From the NCBI GenBank assembly GCA_051362555.1, contig CM120645.1, forward strand, positions 4,650,001 to 4,714,000: 64,000 bases of DNA, given 5' to 3'. Source of the DNA: Lingula anatina (lineage: Eukaryota > Animalia > Brachiopoda). Below are positions 11,454 through 26,100 of the stretch, one piece after another. The translations under genes and the position numbers were made by a program. The notes under the pieces were generated by a model. The model was not told the DNA's origin, searched no databases, and was given only the letters and a program-made list of their open reading frames with translations. Each line of letters begins with the position of its first letter. Within the stretch, counting starts at the first letter, position 1.

Positions 11454-14400
11454 ATGGCTAGCAGTGGGTCCGGTATGGTTTCCAGCCTGTCTCCAGGGTT
11501 CACTTCTTCTCCTCTGCCAAAACTGATGCAGGAGACAGAGCTGCAAAAGATGTTGGCAGATGAGAAAATCCGCAGTGAGCAGCACAGGACCAACTATCAA
11601 ATGCTGAAAGCAGAACACACAAGGTTTGTTTGTATGGTCTGTCGTGTTCCCAGTAGTAATTTTGTTAAAATCTGTGACAAGACCATTCAACTGTTCATTT
11701 CCATATTATGATTTCCACCTTTTATTAGTGAGTAGCAGAGGTTTAAGAAATTTTTTAGTTGCTGACAGCAGAGCCCACCAGTTTTGGTGGCATTTGGCCT
11801 TCTATATATAAGTAAAATTCAATCAGATATATTTTGTTAAATGAGGCAGTTCTATGCAGTGAATTTTTTTTCTCATAAGTGACCATTATTATATGATGTA
11901 CATAGGAAGAGTGTACCTGATCATAAGCATTTGAAAGCTTCAATTTTTCATAACTGGAATCTTTTGAAAGCTTCAGATATTCATAAATTGAATCCTTTCT
12001 AATTGTACCCATTTTTGAAGTAAACACATTAAAATGCCAACTGCAGCAGAACAAAGTAAGAGAGAGAAAGGGGAAATAGAATGGGGGAGGGGCGTTAATG
12101 GGTCATCAGGATAATTTTATGGGGTAGACTTCATTGTAAACAACTGTTGGGTGATTTGGCACAATGTACAAATACCAGCTAAATTTTTAAGGCTCTAGAG
12201 TTGGCCAGGGTCATTTGGTACATTGTATAAATATGACCTAAAACTAAGGCTATATTATTATATATATATATTAATAGTAATAACATCATGTAACCATTTT
12301 ATTATTTATTTAATAATCCCAGGCTCCAGGATGAACACATGCAGCTGCAGCATGAGATGAGGAGAACGATAGAGGAGGCCAAGATGATGCAGGACAGGTA
12401 CAAAACACAGATAGAGATGGCACAGAGAGAGACCTTGGCAAAAGTGGCAGAAATAGAGGAGCTTAAAACACAGGTATGATCAGAGGATGGTTAGGTATTT
12501 GAAAATAGTGTTATTTAGGGAAATGTGTTGGGTTTTATTATAATATAAATCCTGAATTAAGCACAGTAAGACAGAAATCAGTTTTGTAATAACAAATCTT
12601 CGTAAATATGATATGAGACATTCATGTGAAAACACTGAATTATGTTAAAATACACATTGTTTTTTCACAATTCAAGTGGTGTTAGAATCATATTGCCAGT
12701 CTGTACGCAAAACAAAAGAACCCCGTAGTTTACAAGCCATTTGAGACACAATGGACTAAGAATCCAATGTGTACAGCAAAAAAAAAAAAAATTAAAAAAA
12801 AAGCCAGTAATAGAACAGATTGTTAAAATAAAATGAAAAAGGGTTATTGCCCTTGCTCCAATTTGACTGGCATATGATGTAAGGTCAGTGCTTATATTGC
12901 AGAAGTAATTAAGCTGTTAAAATTATTATATAGGTTGTGACCCCACAAAGGCTAGAGGTGATCCGTATGCAGATTGCTGAAGAGGTAGAGGGACCCTACA
13001 GGGAGAAATTCACCACTCTAGACAGCGAGGTAGAGGGCTACAGGAACCAGTACAACAAGCTCAGGTATGAGTTCTCCTTTCTCAAATCAGAGATGGAGCA
13101 TGAGAGGGAGGAACAGAAGAAACTGGTGGAGGACATGAAGTTGCAGCATGAGGCAGAGGTGAGTTTTTTTTTCCCCCATCAGTGTACTTTTAGTTTATGG
13201 TCATGTATGGGTGTGTGTAGGTGTCAGTGCATGTGCACTTGCTTCTGCCTTTGATATAAAAAACATTTTAATTAGTTGCCATATGTTCTTAACTATTTGT
13301 TTTTGTATTTTGTATCTGTTTTGTCAATAATTGTAGAATATGATATCATTACTTTCATTTTTATTATTCAGGTTGCTAACTTAAGAAAAGAGCGCGAAGT
13401 GATCCTCGCACGCCAGACCACTGACACTGCCGGAGATGCACAGCGCGTTCGCGTCATACAGCGTGAGAACTCTCAACTTCAGCTGAAGATCAAAGGGCTG
13501 CTTACAGAGCTGGAGGAGATCAGGGCACAGAGGGAACACATGGGAATGCAGTCTGACCATGTCTCCAGGCTGCAGGGAAAACAACTGGCAGAACACTCGG
13601 CTAACATCAAGGCATTAGAGGTGGGTAGATACAGTTACATGTGCTACTCGTTAATTATTATTATATTGATTATTTTTGACATAGTGAAAATTCATGCTGT
13701 CATACTAACACCCATGTATAACTAAATAAAAAAAAATAGTAAATAAATATATATGCTCATGTAAAGTTTTGGGTTATTTGAAGCAGAGCTGTATGTTTAC
13801 AGCTGTATCAGAATATGAGAGATAAATTAACTTTATTGGTAAATGAATATATGAAAGAATATATAGATAAAGAGATTTTCTTTTTAAAAAAAAACAAATA
13901 TATCAAATGAAGGAGTGTGCCTTAATATAAAATGTTTTGTTTATTGATATTCTAAAAAAAAATTGGAAAATGTCATTTTTCCAGTGAATATTAAGTGTTT
14001 TCCCTTAATAATCATAGACAGAGAAACAAGCCCTCAGGTTGCAGTGCGAGAACCTCCAGAAGGAGCTGACGTCCACCTCGGACCTGTACACCCAGATGAC
14101 CAGCAAGATCCACCAGCTGGAGCGTGACAACACCGTGCTGAAGAACAAGATGGAGGAGGTCAGTCACAAGGCCAAGGTGGACCTCAGCAACATGAGGATG
14201 GAGCTGGTCCGGGAAAGGGGGGACTTGGAGAGGGAGAGAGATGGTTTACTCACTAAGGTAGAAGGTAAGCTTGATTATGATGTTGTTAATCCCCTAAGAT
14301 GTTGTCAACAAATCATTTTGACATGGTGTATGTTGCATATATCAAAGGGGGTTGAACTCCCAATGAAAGAACCTTGAATTCATTGATAGCCCTGACATTT

Positions 14401-16523
14401 TGTTACATTTAAAATAATATGGGAATTAAGTAACTATATACCTTGCCTCTCTTTGTATGCTTTTAGGCATTGCCTCTGTCTACTAAAGAATAAAGAATGA
14501 AATCACAGTTTTACTGAATTTTATCATATGGCAGACCCAGATATTTTCTCAGTCTGATCCTTCCTGCTGTGTTTTAGACCTGCAGGCCCAGATCGATGTC
14601 ACAAAACATTCCATGGAGCAACAGGCAGCAGCCATTTTGGAAAAGGAGCGCGAGTGTGCCAAGAAAGTGCAATCTGCTAGAGAGGAGGAGTGGGAGAGAA
14701 CAAACAAACTAGAGACCGAGAGGTAGAGTAATTGGAAGTATTCTATAATTATAATTGATTGCAGTTCCGAGTTGAAGATATTTCACTTTTCAGATGTTTC
14801 TATGGAAGGTCAGGCAGTATTGTGTCTTGACATACAGCAATCACCTGCATTTGTCATTGCATCTGTGTTTAACTTGCCATTGCCATGCACTTTCCTTGTT
14901 TACTTTTCAAGCTGAAGCTTATTTGTTCAATGCTTTTTGTGATACTTTACTTTTAAAGAGTCAGCTCCTCTCAGACAAAGAAAAAAGACAATTTTTTTTA
15001 AGTACCAGATATGAGTATAAAAGCATAGAATATATCATTATATTCAAACATGCCTTTCTGCTCACAATATGGCAGACTCAATCATATCATGCTCTTTATC
15101 AATTTTGAATGTTTTCAATTGTTTGAATTGCCAGGTTAGAATTGGAGGCCAAACTCCAAGAGATTGAAAGGAGAAAAATCGATGAAGAGGCGCGGCGACA
15201 TGCTGACAAGGAGAGGGCAGAGGAACAAATCAAGGCAGCACATGGGTCACAGGAAGCTGCTGAGAAAGAATGTGCAGTGCTCAGGTAAAATAACTTCCTT
15301 TTGGGGGGGGGGGGGGACAATTGGACAATTTGTCTTTTTTTCATCTTTTTTTAAAAGGATACTACTGTCAGTTTATCAAAAGACATTTAGTGAAAGGACT
15401 ACAATAATTTCTCTAGTTAGAGATGAGTGAATGTATGCTTGTTACTACAGCAGAGAAACCTGCTTTAATGTGATATTTTCTGGGTTATTAATTGAATAAA
15501 AAAAAACATTTCAGTAGATGTGTGTGTTCTTTAGTACCAAAATTACAACCCAACCAGAATGTGTTTTTTTGTTCTCTCCTCTCTGTAGAACCAAACTGCA
15601 GCAATACCAGTCCATGGAAATGCAACTGGAGCAGGAACGCTCCCAAAACTCCGAACTCAAAACAAAAATCCACCAACTGGACACAGATTACAACAGTCTG
15701 TTGAACAGCGAGCAGGAACTCAGTGAACTTGTCAACAAGCTTCAGACACAGCTGTCTGCGACAGCCTCTGACCTCTCCAAGGCACGGGAGCAGGTGAAGA
15801 GGACAGAGCGAGAAGGAGATAAAGTTTTAGCGCAGCACAGAGGTGCCTGGGCCGATGAGAAGGGAGAGTTACAGAAGAGGGTTGAAGAATTGACAAGGGA
15901 GCTGGAAGACACACATACTAAACTTACTCAGGCAACAGCAGTACAGAAAAAGGTATAACTGTGCCCCATATAAAAATTTTATTATATCACATGATCTCAG
16001 TGATCTCAGCCTATTTCAGTTTTGGCTGCTATTTATTTTTTTCTTCACTGTTTCTTGTAAAAAGCTGGTGAAAACACGTAATGTCACACAAATAGAAACA
16101 TGTTTAGTGTCTTTAGGAACATTGCTTACTTTTTTACCCACTTTTTATTAATTTGATACAGTATTCAGCCATGCTGCCAAGTCTCAGAATGTTAAAATTT
16201 GAACAATTAACCAACCATCATTTTTTTAATCTTTTTTTTTTTCAGATTATTAAGAATATTTCGAAATTCCTCAAAAGAAGTGTGGGAGCCTGTGTGGACC
16301 TGGGAATGTCTCTTGAAAGCCCTAAAGTCTGTAAATTTAAGTGGGCTGCAATTTGGCTCTTATTTCAATGAAAATGTGTATATTCTCTCATTTTATTTTC
16401 TTTTCTCAGAGGAAGGCACAGTACAGCAAACTACACACCAAACTAAAGAACAGGCTTCAGCTGCTGGAGGCCTCTCTGCAAGAAGTTCAGATGGAAAGAG
16501 ATGTGCTGAAGTAAGAACTGAGG

Positions 16524-16575
<52 letters not shown>

Positions 16576-17607
16576 TGAAGGGAAGAGTTTAAGTTGGTCC
16601 TTTTGGGTCCTGTGACCATTTTATTGGACCATGGGAAATATATATATATATTTTAAGAAACAGTCGTGTGAAAGATAAAGTTGAAGATGAATAGTTTTCT
16701 TTTTTTGAGTTTGTAAGCTCATTCAACAAATAGGCACTCTGCTGTTTTTAGCAATCAAGTCATATGCCTAAAAGTAAAATGAGAAGATACAGAAGACAAC
16801 AACAATCTTGTCTGCTCTCCTTGAATGATTATGAAAAATGCCTCTTTTAAGAATCCCAATCAAAATTTCAGTAAAAATGTGCCACAAGAAATCCACAATC
16901 GCCTTAAGAAGCAACTCAAAGACCTCCAGCGACGACACAATGAGTTCCGCCAGGTTCTGATCTCAGGTACAACCACCAATGTCCCCATAGGAAACTACAC
17001 TTTTGCTTCCATGTCTGTGCCTATGGACCTCAGTGCACCTGCCTTGAGCTTTGTAGAACAGGTAAATATATTATATTTTAATTTAAAACTCATCTCTGGG
17101 CTCACTGTGGGATGATAGTTTGAGTTCATTAAGAAGTGTGAACTAAATCAAAAATGAATTTGACCAACAATGGTAGATGCAAAGGTTTCATGTTTTTTTA
17201 GCCTGATTTGAGTATATTTTATTGGCAATTTCATTTGAGGTAAAATTCACTCAGCCTGAGTTTGTCCAGAATCATCTCTTTATTTATTTTTCAAAAACTG
17301 AAGCAAACTTGCACACATTTTTGCTCCAAATCCTGTCAACCGTTTTTTGTTATTCCTATTTCCCGATAAGTCCTTCTGTGTTACATTAAAAAAAAAAAAA
17401 ATTTCCTCCCTTCATTTCAAGGAGAAAACCCACCAGCGAGACCTGCGCCTTTTAAAGGAGCGACTGGAACAGCTGGAGGAGGAACAGGTGCACCAAGCCC
17501 AGGCCCTGGCAGAGAGAGTCTCCGTACACAAGGGGCCCATCTTCTCTTCCACGCTTCGGGAGGTGGAGTCCGAGAACAGTGACAAAGAAAACGTGGATGA
17601 CACGTGA
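11454..17607 (+). CDS. CEP83: Centrosomal protein of 83 kDa (CCDC41), centriole distal-appendage coiled-coil protein; 11 coding exons, about 725 aa
   Basis: Exons: 11454-11623, 12323-12473, 12934-13158, 13372-13620, 14018-14264, 14578-14722, 15135-15284, 15589-15952, 16410-16510, 16872-17061, 17422-17607. All introns are GT-AG with consistent phases (2178 nt). Motifs [60 protein letters not shown] and HQRDLRLLKERLEQLE match vertebrate CEP83. Confidence 0.95.
16526..16571. repeat. (TA)n microsatellite in CEP83 intron
   Basis: Directly visible. Confidence 0.95.
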
Positions 17608-20167
17608 TGAAGACTTCTTTTTAAATTTTTTTAAATATTGTCTAGTGTTGTACAAGGATTTTTCATGCAAAGTAAATGGTGTCAGGCGTAAAATATTTCA
17701 GTAGACAGTTATCTACCCATTACGCTTTTGAAAACAAATAATTTAGTTAAGGAAAGACCTGTTTGACGAGGCAATATGGATGGTTTAAGTTACCATATGT
17801 AGTGCACGGGAGTGAAGGGGCTTCCATTTCCATTATGATGCCATAAGAACCTATTGGTATGATACATAAATCCAGATTTTTTGAAATTTTCTTCATTTTT
17901 GAATAAAAGTGGCACATGTAAATATTGATGATGAAAATCACATTTTAAAAAAATCAACATTATATATAAAGAGGCATTTCAACATGCTTTTGTAATAAAA
18001 TTGCTGCTCAGCTGAGACAGAGTGCAAAAATATATGGTTACTGTGAAGGGCTGGACATCTGTTTTAATGCTCAAATTGACATTTGGTTGCAATAAATGCA
18101 CATGATGGAAAATGCAGGCCTTTTGAAAGGTACAAAAATCACAGGGATTTTCAAATATCAGTCAATATTTGTATGGTTTGACATGAGAATTAAATTCTCA
18201 ATTTAGCATTTATATGTGGAAGCAAACTTAACTGCACATTATTCATCATGAAAAATTATACCATATATTTGGCAATAATAACAATTACTATAACACTGAT
18301 ATATCTTCAATTTTTTTATTTGATATCCTTAAGCATAAATGTATATCTTTGTATAATTTACAAACTCCTTTTTGAAAAAAATCATAATAATAATATTGGG
18401 AGATATCTCTGTACAAATCAACTGTACCATGTGCACCAGTCGAGAAATGGGATACTAGGTACCACCAAAAATTAATATAATAATAATTACTCATTAACTT
18501 AGCCAAGCTTAAGAATACATAACATTTTTTGCCCAGTGCTGTGCAGCGTGCTTGGTTTTTTTTTCCCATCAGCTTTATGTACAAGTAATAGCATCAAACA
18601 TCAGTGCTTCTGAAACTAAACCAACCTTAATTATAATAACTAACAATAGAGGGAGTTCAATGCAAGAACAACCCCTCTCTGGTCTTTGATTGGCCAGGCT
18701 GTTCAGACTATAACTAAACTATAGGTGTCAGTCCTATTCAAGATAGGACTTAGTATATACAACAGATCTATCTACAGCATAAGATTGCACAATGGCCAGG
18801 CTACTGCAAACAAGATGCAAAATGAAAGAAAGACAACTTAGTGTTGCTTGGACTATTTACATTAATAAAGAAAAATAAACTGTAACAGACTACAACAAAG
18901 TTGGAGTACTCCAATTTAACAATCAGTTCTTTTTCTAGTTAAAAACAAAAGAAATTAACTATAACAAAATTGCTATCCTTAATTGCTTATAATTTTGGTT
19001 GAACAAACTACTGATCTCAGCAATTTTTCACTTTAATTAATCACCACTGCCATTATCATATCTAACTTTGCTGTACACATGCAATTTACAAAGCATATTC
19101 TTGCATATGTATACCCTTTTTGATTGCTTGCATAACATATGAAACTATCTAATATATGTTACAGATCTCACACAAAATAATCATATTTAAGGTCTTGCCC
19201 TGCAAGCCTTCTTGTCAAGTAACAGATAACATGTAAACAGTTCATGATTATAATAATGACATGGACAGTACATCTTTGTTCGACATATTCTTGGCTCCTC
19301 GTTTACCTGGTTTGTACTTCATTTTCACCAAATTGCCAAAGTAATGATCTGATAATTGTACGTTTGTCATTTTAAATTTCCAGTATGAACTCCTGGAATC
19401 TTTTTTTTATATTTTTTGGCTAGGAAAGTAACACCTTGTAAAACATAAACCTCATGGTTGTGATTTTTTAAAAATAAGTAACTTTTTTTTACCAGCCTTG
19501 ACTTAGAGAACATACTGTTTCCAAACTTGCTTCCAATTTCAATCTCAGATTGAAATGGAAATCATAGTCAAAGAGGAATGACTTCTCAACCTTATATATA
19601 CCTGTTTTACCCCACCTTTGGCATTTTCCTCTATCTTAGATGGCACTGAATGAGATAAGAAGAAAGACGCCCATCCTCAAAGGTTATCACATTTATATTA
19701 TAGAATTGCGTGTGAACCTTGTACATTTTTACATACAGAATTTGAGTAATTGGAAATTTTTGTACTCATGTAAGGAATTTTGTCATGCTCACATTTTCAG
19801 TAACATACAGCTACTTGATGATGGATATTGGCAAAAGCATGAGTGGAAACCTCCTTCGTGTGGAGTTCTATCTTTGCTTTTGACTATGACTTCACTATTT
19901 TGGTACTTCATAGGTTAAAAGTCCATTATGTAGACAGATACTATTGCAGAGGCTCAGCTAACCACCTAAATAATCAGTTACTTTTAAAATTTTAGCAAAC
20001 CGATATGGACCATCATTAACCTTGAGAAGTTGACTACAACAGAAACAACATGTTTGAAACAAACCGTTTGGAACTGTTTCTCCAGTTTTAGAGCAGTGTG
20101 TGACTGATTGTATACCAAAACCATCTAACAACCATGTGAAACCACCCAAAAAATAAATCTTTCATAA

Positions 20168-23100
20168 TTAACCCATATAGTCATGACTGTCCTGTTCATC
20201 GAGACTGAAACTGCTTCGTCTGCTTCCTGTTGGAGAGGACGAGAGCATTGGGTCTCCACTGACAGGCGAAACATCGTCCATGTCTTCAATTCCCATCATG
20301 GGTGCAGCACCATTCATGGACATACAGCCGCCTTGTTCCACAGGTTCCTGTTTGATCTGTAGGGGGAGCTGTGACTGCTTGATGACATCACCAAGTAACT
20401 GTGCATTTGATTGGCTGAGAGCTGGGTTTGAAATACCATGTGACTTCATCATCAGTTCCAGTTGCTAGAAAAGAAACAGAAACTTAAGTTTAAGAGTAAT
20501 GTTTAATGCCATGGAGGCATTTAATTTAAGAAAAAACAACAAGGTTGGGTCTTTAAAATGTCTATAAAGAAAAACAATAAATAATGATTTAAATGACATG
20601 TTCTTCATGATTAGCAACATAAACATCCTCATAACCAAGTATATTTTACAAAATCTATCATCATACTATGACAAACAAACAAAGGGCATGGGTTCCTTTC
20701 ATAATAGGTGCAGAGTATCTCGCAAAAATCTCTCTTTAAGTCTCTAACAAAGTGGCAAGGGATGTCAGACCTGTCAGCTGACATCATCCTTGTCAAGCCC
20801 TATATGTACAAACTCCCAAGGGCAATTTGCCCAAGAGGTAAAGAAAATATGGCAGTGCATTGGAAACTCGAATGTCATTGCCCCTCAAGAACAAATATAT
20901 ATTTTGCTGACACTTCACTGCCCTGGTATACTTAATACCCAGAACCTCCCCCCTCCCTTTCTCCAAGGTTGGACATTAAGATAACAGCCTCGGGAGATAA
21001 CCAAATTTACCCAGAAGTTATAAGTCAGCCAAACTGTTGGTATTATTTCAAAGTAAATCTGTCCGTGTTTAGATTATAATTACACAAATATGTTAATAAA
21101 CATAAATTATCACCTTTTTTAACAGAAAAGGAGAAATAAGGTTACTATAATAAGTCTAGAATCCAAGATACTTTGCATCCTAGAATAAGTATTAATAAGG
21201 TCTGGTCTGTGGTCTCTATTAGTCTATTCAACCACAAAGATGATAAGAGAAAATGTCGCATTGTTCAAAATTTGCAAGTCACCATCACTGGCACAAAAAA
21301 AGAAAAAGCTTGTTTTTCTGATAAGTAGAAAAAAGTCAACAAAACTTTCCCCTGCCAAATTTATCAAGGTCAACACACTTTTGGAATTAATTGATTTTTT
21401 TTTTTTTTTTTTTTTTTTTGGGGGGGGGGGGGCATGTTTAAGCTAATCAAATTAGTTATTAATGCAAGATTAATTCACCATGACTTTCTATCTAAACAAC
21501 TACAAGTTCAAGGATCAAGTGCAAACAATGGATGACTGGCCATGAGTGAAATTGCATCAAACTGAAACAAGAATTATTTGCCAAGAAAGTGGAGTCCTGT
21601 TTCACTTCAGAGTTACTGTCTTTTTTTTTTCCAAATCGTATTTGTACTTTAATGCCAATTACAAACATCCTATTTATACACCCCCTAGCATAGTATCACA
21701 TTCCAGGATTTATACTTATGTCCTTGTATTACTTGCTTACTTGTATCCCTTGCTCATTTAAGTGATAACTATTAAGTCTAAGTAAGCACTTGTCACAAAT
21801 AGTTAACTTCATACATTTTTGTTTTAGTTATTTTTCAAAACAGACAAAAACACCTATTCAAATTACTTCAAAGTCCCAGAGAAGCAATGAATGCATGTTT
21901 AAGTTATTCATGCAAATAATACTTTTGAATATCAGACATCCCCCTACAAAAAACTCTAGTGAGAAAAGATGTAAGCAAATTCCCACAATCCCTCAAAAAC
22001 AAGACCAGGGTTTGATGATTACGATGAAAATGCTTTATCTTACAGAGAAATCTAGTAATTTGTTTCGAAGTGTCAACAAGACAGAGAGAAATGCCCCTGC
22101 CACTGGTGATAACTGAGTAAAGAATGGCCATGTCTAGCTCCCATATCTCATTTGTAACTAACTTATCAATCATTAAGATGTACTTGATAATAATCTTTCT
22201 TGCCAATGTCTACTTGGGGGTCAAGTAATGGACAACCATGAACTTAGATTTATTGACTCCAAAATGGACAATATGGAACTTAGATTTATTGGCTCCACAC
22301 ACAGAAACATGACAAGGTTCCTCTTCCTAACACCTTTTAACTGTCTAAAAAAATTCTTTAACTCTGTATATTATATCATATTTATGAAGTTTTATACCCT
22401 GCTCTGCGAAAAAGAATATTAACATGATAACAATAGATATGTCCCCATCCCTGTATCTTGTGGCATAAGTATATCACCAATATTTCTATTTAACCATATT
22501 ATTTTATCACAACATCTTCAACATTTGAAGCCCAGATACACACGGACCATTGAGAGAGGGTAACTTGCTATATGTGTACAAGTACATGCCAAATATTATC
22601 CAATGTTGAAGGCCATTCAGTTGTTCAACATATAATTTAAAACAGCTGTTGGCAATGTAGCACAAAAGTGAAAAAAACATCTGGTTCTTATCTAGCAAAT
22701 TTAAAAATGTATCAGACAGCCTACATATCTTCTGTTATATATGGTTTCTTGTTGCTATATCTTTACTCGTATCTTTACACTACCTCTCATATACAGATTT
22801 TTTTCTTTTGTATGTACAAATTTATCACGTTGGAGAAAAAACAAAAAAGGGAAAAGAAAAACAAGAACTGACAAAGTCAGCCAAGCTCAAAAGAGAAATT
22901 GACTTTTGGAAACCTATTCTCAATGAAAATGAATAGAAAATCTCAACCCAAAACACTGTCCTATAAATTTCCAAGCAAAACAAGAAAACTACTCACCTGT
23001 ATTCTGAGCATCATTTTTCTGTTTGTGGATTCTAAACTCCGATGTCGCTCCTCCATCATTTTCAACTTCTCATGATCTTTCCGCAACTTGCGAATGTAGT

Positions 23101-26100
23101 CCACCGAGGCCTTGAGGATGGTTCCTTTGTTCTGTCTCATGTCCTTTTCCCTGTAATGAAAATCACTATGAAAGATAAGGTAAAAGTTTTGGGTGGGAAG
23201 AAAGCCCTTTAAATGTTTAAATTTATTCAGAAACTTCTTGATGCAAAGGAACTGCTGGGACAAAAAGTAGGCTAGGATAGGCAGAAACAATTAAAACACT
23301 GAGTTATATTTCGTAAAATGCTTCCTGAACAAATTTTGAAGTTAGAAAAACTCTGGACTTTCTAGAAAACTAGGAAACATTTAAAAAGTCACTGCCCAAG
23401 TGCTTGATACTTACGGGTCACATCCCTTGGGTAGCAGAGTTCCTAGCTCCTTGATTCTATCATTAATGTTGAAGCGCCTCCTTCTTTCAACTGCAACAAG
23501 ACAATATGATAATTAATAACCTCTAAGAAACAATATTTTTAAGTAGAATTTTCTTTATTTCTTTTTCTAAAGTTATGTTGACCCACCTTCCTCTTTATAA
23601 AATATTCATGACATCAATGAGAATTTAAAAAGTATCCATAAGTCCTGTATCTTCTTTTCTAATCTTATCAGATTAATAATTGTCAAATCTGACCCAACTA
23701 AAAACACAGAGTACAACGTAGGTCAGTTTACTTACTGAGATTATGATTGTCTTTCTTCTGTCTTTCTTTGGCCCACATTCTGGCCTCATCCTCATTCAGA
23801 TAGCCTGGCGTCTCCTTCTTCACCAAGATGTCTGCCGGACAAGAGCTGGACGATTTTCCACGAGCTGTTGTGCCCGTGGCTCCATAATATTCATGTGTAT
23901 AGTTAAAGTGAGGTACCTGAAGAGAGTTGCATTTGTGATCAAAAAAATTTTTTTGTATATATTTAATTTTTAATTTATTCATTTTATTTATTTCTTCTGT
24001 GTAACTGGAAAGATCATTTCTATTTTGGTTAGAAAGGTCTGCTTGCTTGCTCTCTCTCTCTCTCTCAAAATTTTACCTAGGGGTTAGATTTCTATGACAT
24101 TTCTCATGTTCGGTCTTTGGGAAGAAAAAGGTCCACTGTTTCAGAAAAAGACCCACCTCCTCCTTGAAATTACTGGCAAGAGGCCAAGCATTATAACTGT
24201 TTACTCATAAAGGACAACTTACTGTTGAGGACATCTGAGTCAGTGTTGGCTCTATGAAGTTCAGGTCACTGTCCATGGAGGGGTCCACTGCCTCAAGGTT
24301 GAGAAAGTCACCCAAAATATCATCTGCCTGAAACACGAAAAATATAAAAATGTCTCAATATTTAGTATGGACTCCTATTTCTGCTCTCTTGTAAAAATAT
24401 AACCAAAGGCTGAAAACGTCATTTAAACAAAAATATATTTTTTACTATCTGTCATTTGTTTTACCATTAAGTGTGAAACTCAATTAAAAAAATCTAGCAA
24501 ATTTGGTTAAAACAAAAATATCTTTTGCCTGAGAGAGATCTGGTCCTTCTACGCATCATTTGTTCTATTCTAATCCTGTTTTGCAGTGCTCTGTTGTTAT
24601 TTGCCCTTTGATCAGTGCCTAATCAGTGTTCATATCTCACCTGTTATTATACAGGACACAGTAAGCACCCTGTTAACCCAGGTAAGTCCACCGTGTTATT
24701 TGTGTACTATATGGCTACTCCATTAGTAGAGAGGTCCACCCCAACGCTCCACCCCCCTCCTAGCTAAGGAAGCTCCACTGCTAATGGACCCTTCATTACA
24801 GACTATCAAAGCAAATTGACTTGCATCTCTTGTCATTAATTACAGTATACCTGACCATTTCAGGAAGCATGTATTGTGTACAGGAATCCTTTAAGTAGAG
24901 GTTTAAATGCTTAACGTCTGGGTGCACAGGCGCCCCTCCCTCCCCCTCTTCCTAAAGGCCCTCCTGCCTGGCTACTCCCTAGATAAGATCTGCTTAATGA
25001 ACCCACTATTGTCCAGACGGTATCTGAGTGGTTCATCTGGACATTGATAAGGTTAACTGTGCCCCATATTTCACTGGGCAGTTAACAATGGAAGACAACA
25101 GACTAGCCCCGAGGGGGGACCAATCAAGTTCACTTTTCAGAAGTCTTTGATTTTTTCTCACAGACTTATCACTTTTGTGCTACCTTGACAATTACAGGTA
25201 TTGTTTTCATCCTATATGTGTCTTCAATGCCAAGATCAAAGAAGTTGAAGGGAATTTCGAAAGAATAATTAATTCAACTTACTGGCTAGAACTGCCAATT
25301 AAAGATAGTTTGTGCTGTTATTTATTTACAATAGCAACTTTTGAGTGCTGCAAGCTCTTAAATGCCTTAATTGACAATAAAGATAAATATCTCAATCTCA
25401 TCTTTATGTTTCTCATCACTCTCCTTGTGAGCAAAGTGACATCAAATCAGATATCTTATGATAATCAGCGTTCAAATCTCTTGGATTAACACCAGTTATA
25501 TATGGCAACTACTCTACCTCAAATATAATACAATATCTATTTATTTGATGAATGCTTTTTCTTTTTCATACTGAACTGACCATTTTACAGACTTTCATTT
25601 TCTTTTGAGTACTTGCACAGCTTTCAAAGATTGACAAATAACTCAATAATATTATGACAACTGTCTCAACTTTTAAATGAGTACAACTAAGAACAAATGA
25701 TGCAAAAAGAGAAGAGTTTCTTCTGAAATAATTTCTCACCTCTGAGACACTGGTACAAGTGCTGCTGACACCTACTGACAAGGGGCTGTCAGGAGCCACT
25801 GGCATGCTGCTACTGTGGAGTTGGTGCCCCGTGTCGTAATGGTGGGTCATCGCAGGCATGGAGTGCGTGCCCAGGTCGTCCTTGGAGTGTGTGATGTAGC
25901 TCTGAATTTGGCGCTTTTGCGTCTGCTGCACATAGTATCTTGTGGGGTTCTCTAGTCTGGTTTTGACCTGCAATTAAAACAGAAATGGTTCATTTCATTT
26001 CCTCAAATTTCTTGTGAAGAATCAGCTTGGTATCTCTGAGACAATGATCCCAAACGCTGCTCCATTCTGCTGAAATAGAAAGACTCTAGTGAAAATAATA

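Noticed and set aside
11427-17670. Minus-strand ORFs overlapping CEP83 exons
   Set aside because: Antisense shadows of coiled-coil coding exons.
22228-22296. Two-copy tandem duplication of about 36 bp giving [22 protein letters not shown]
   Set aside because: Local intronic duplication antisense to MITF with no splice or coding support.
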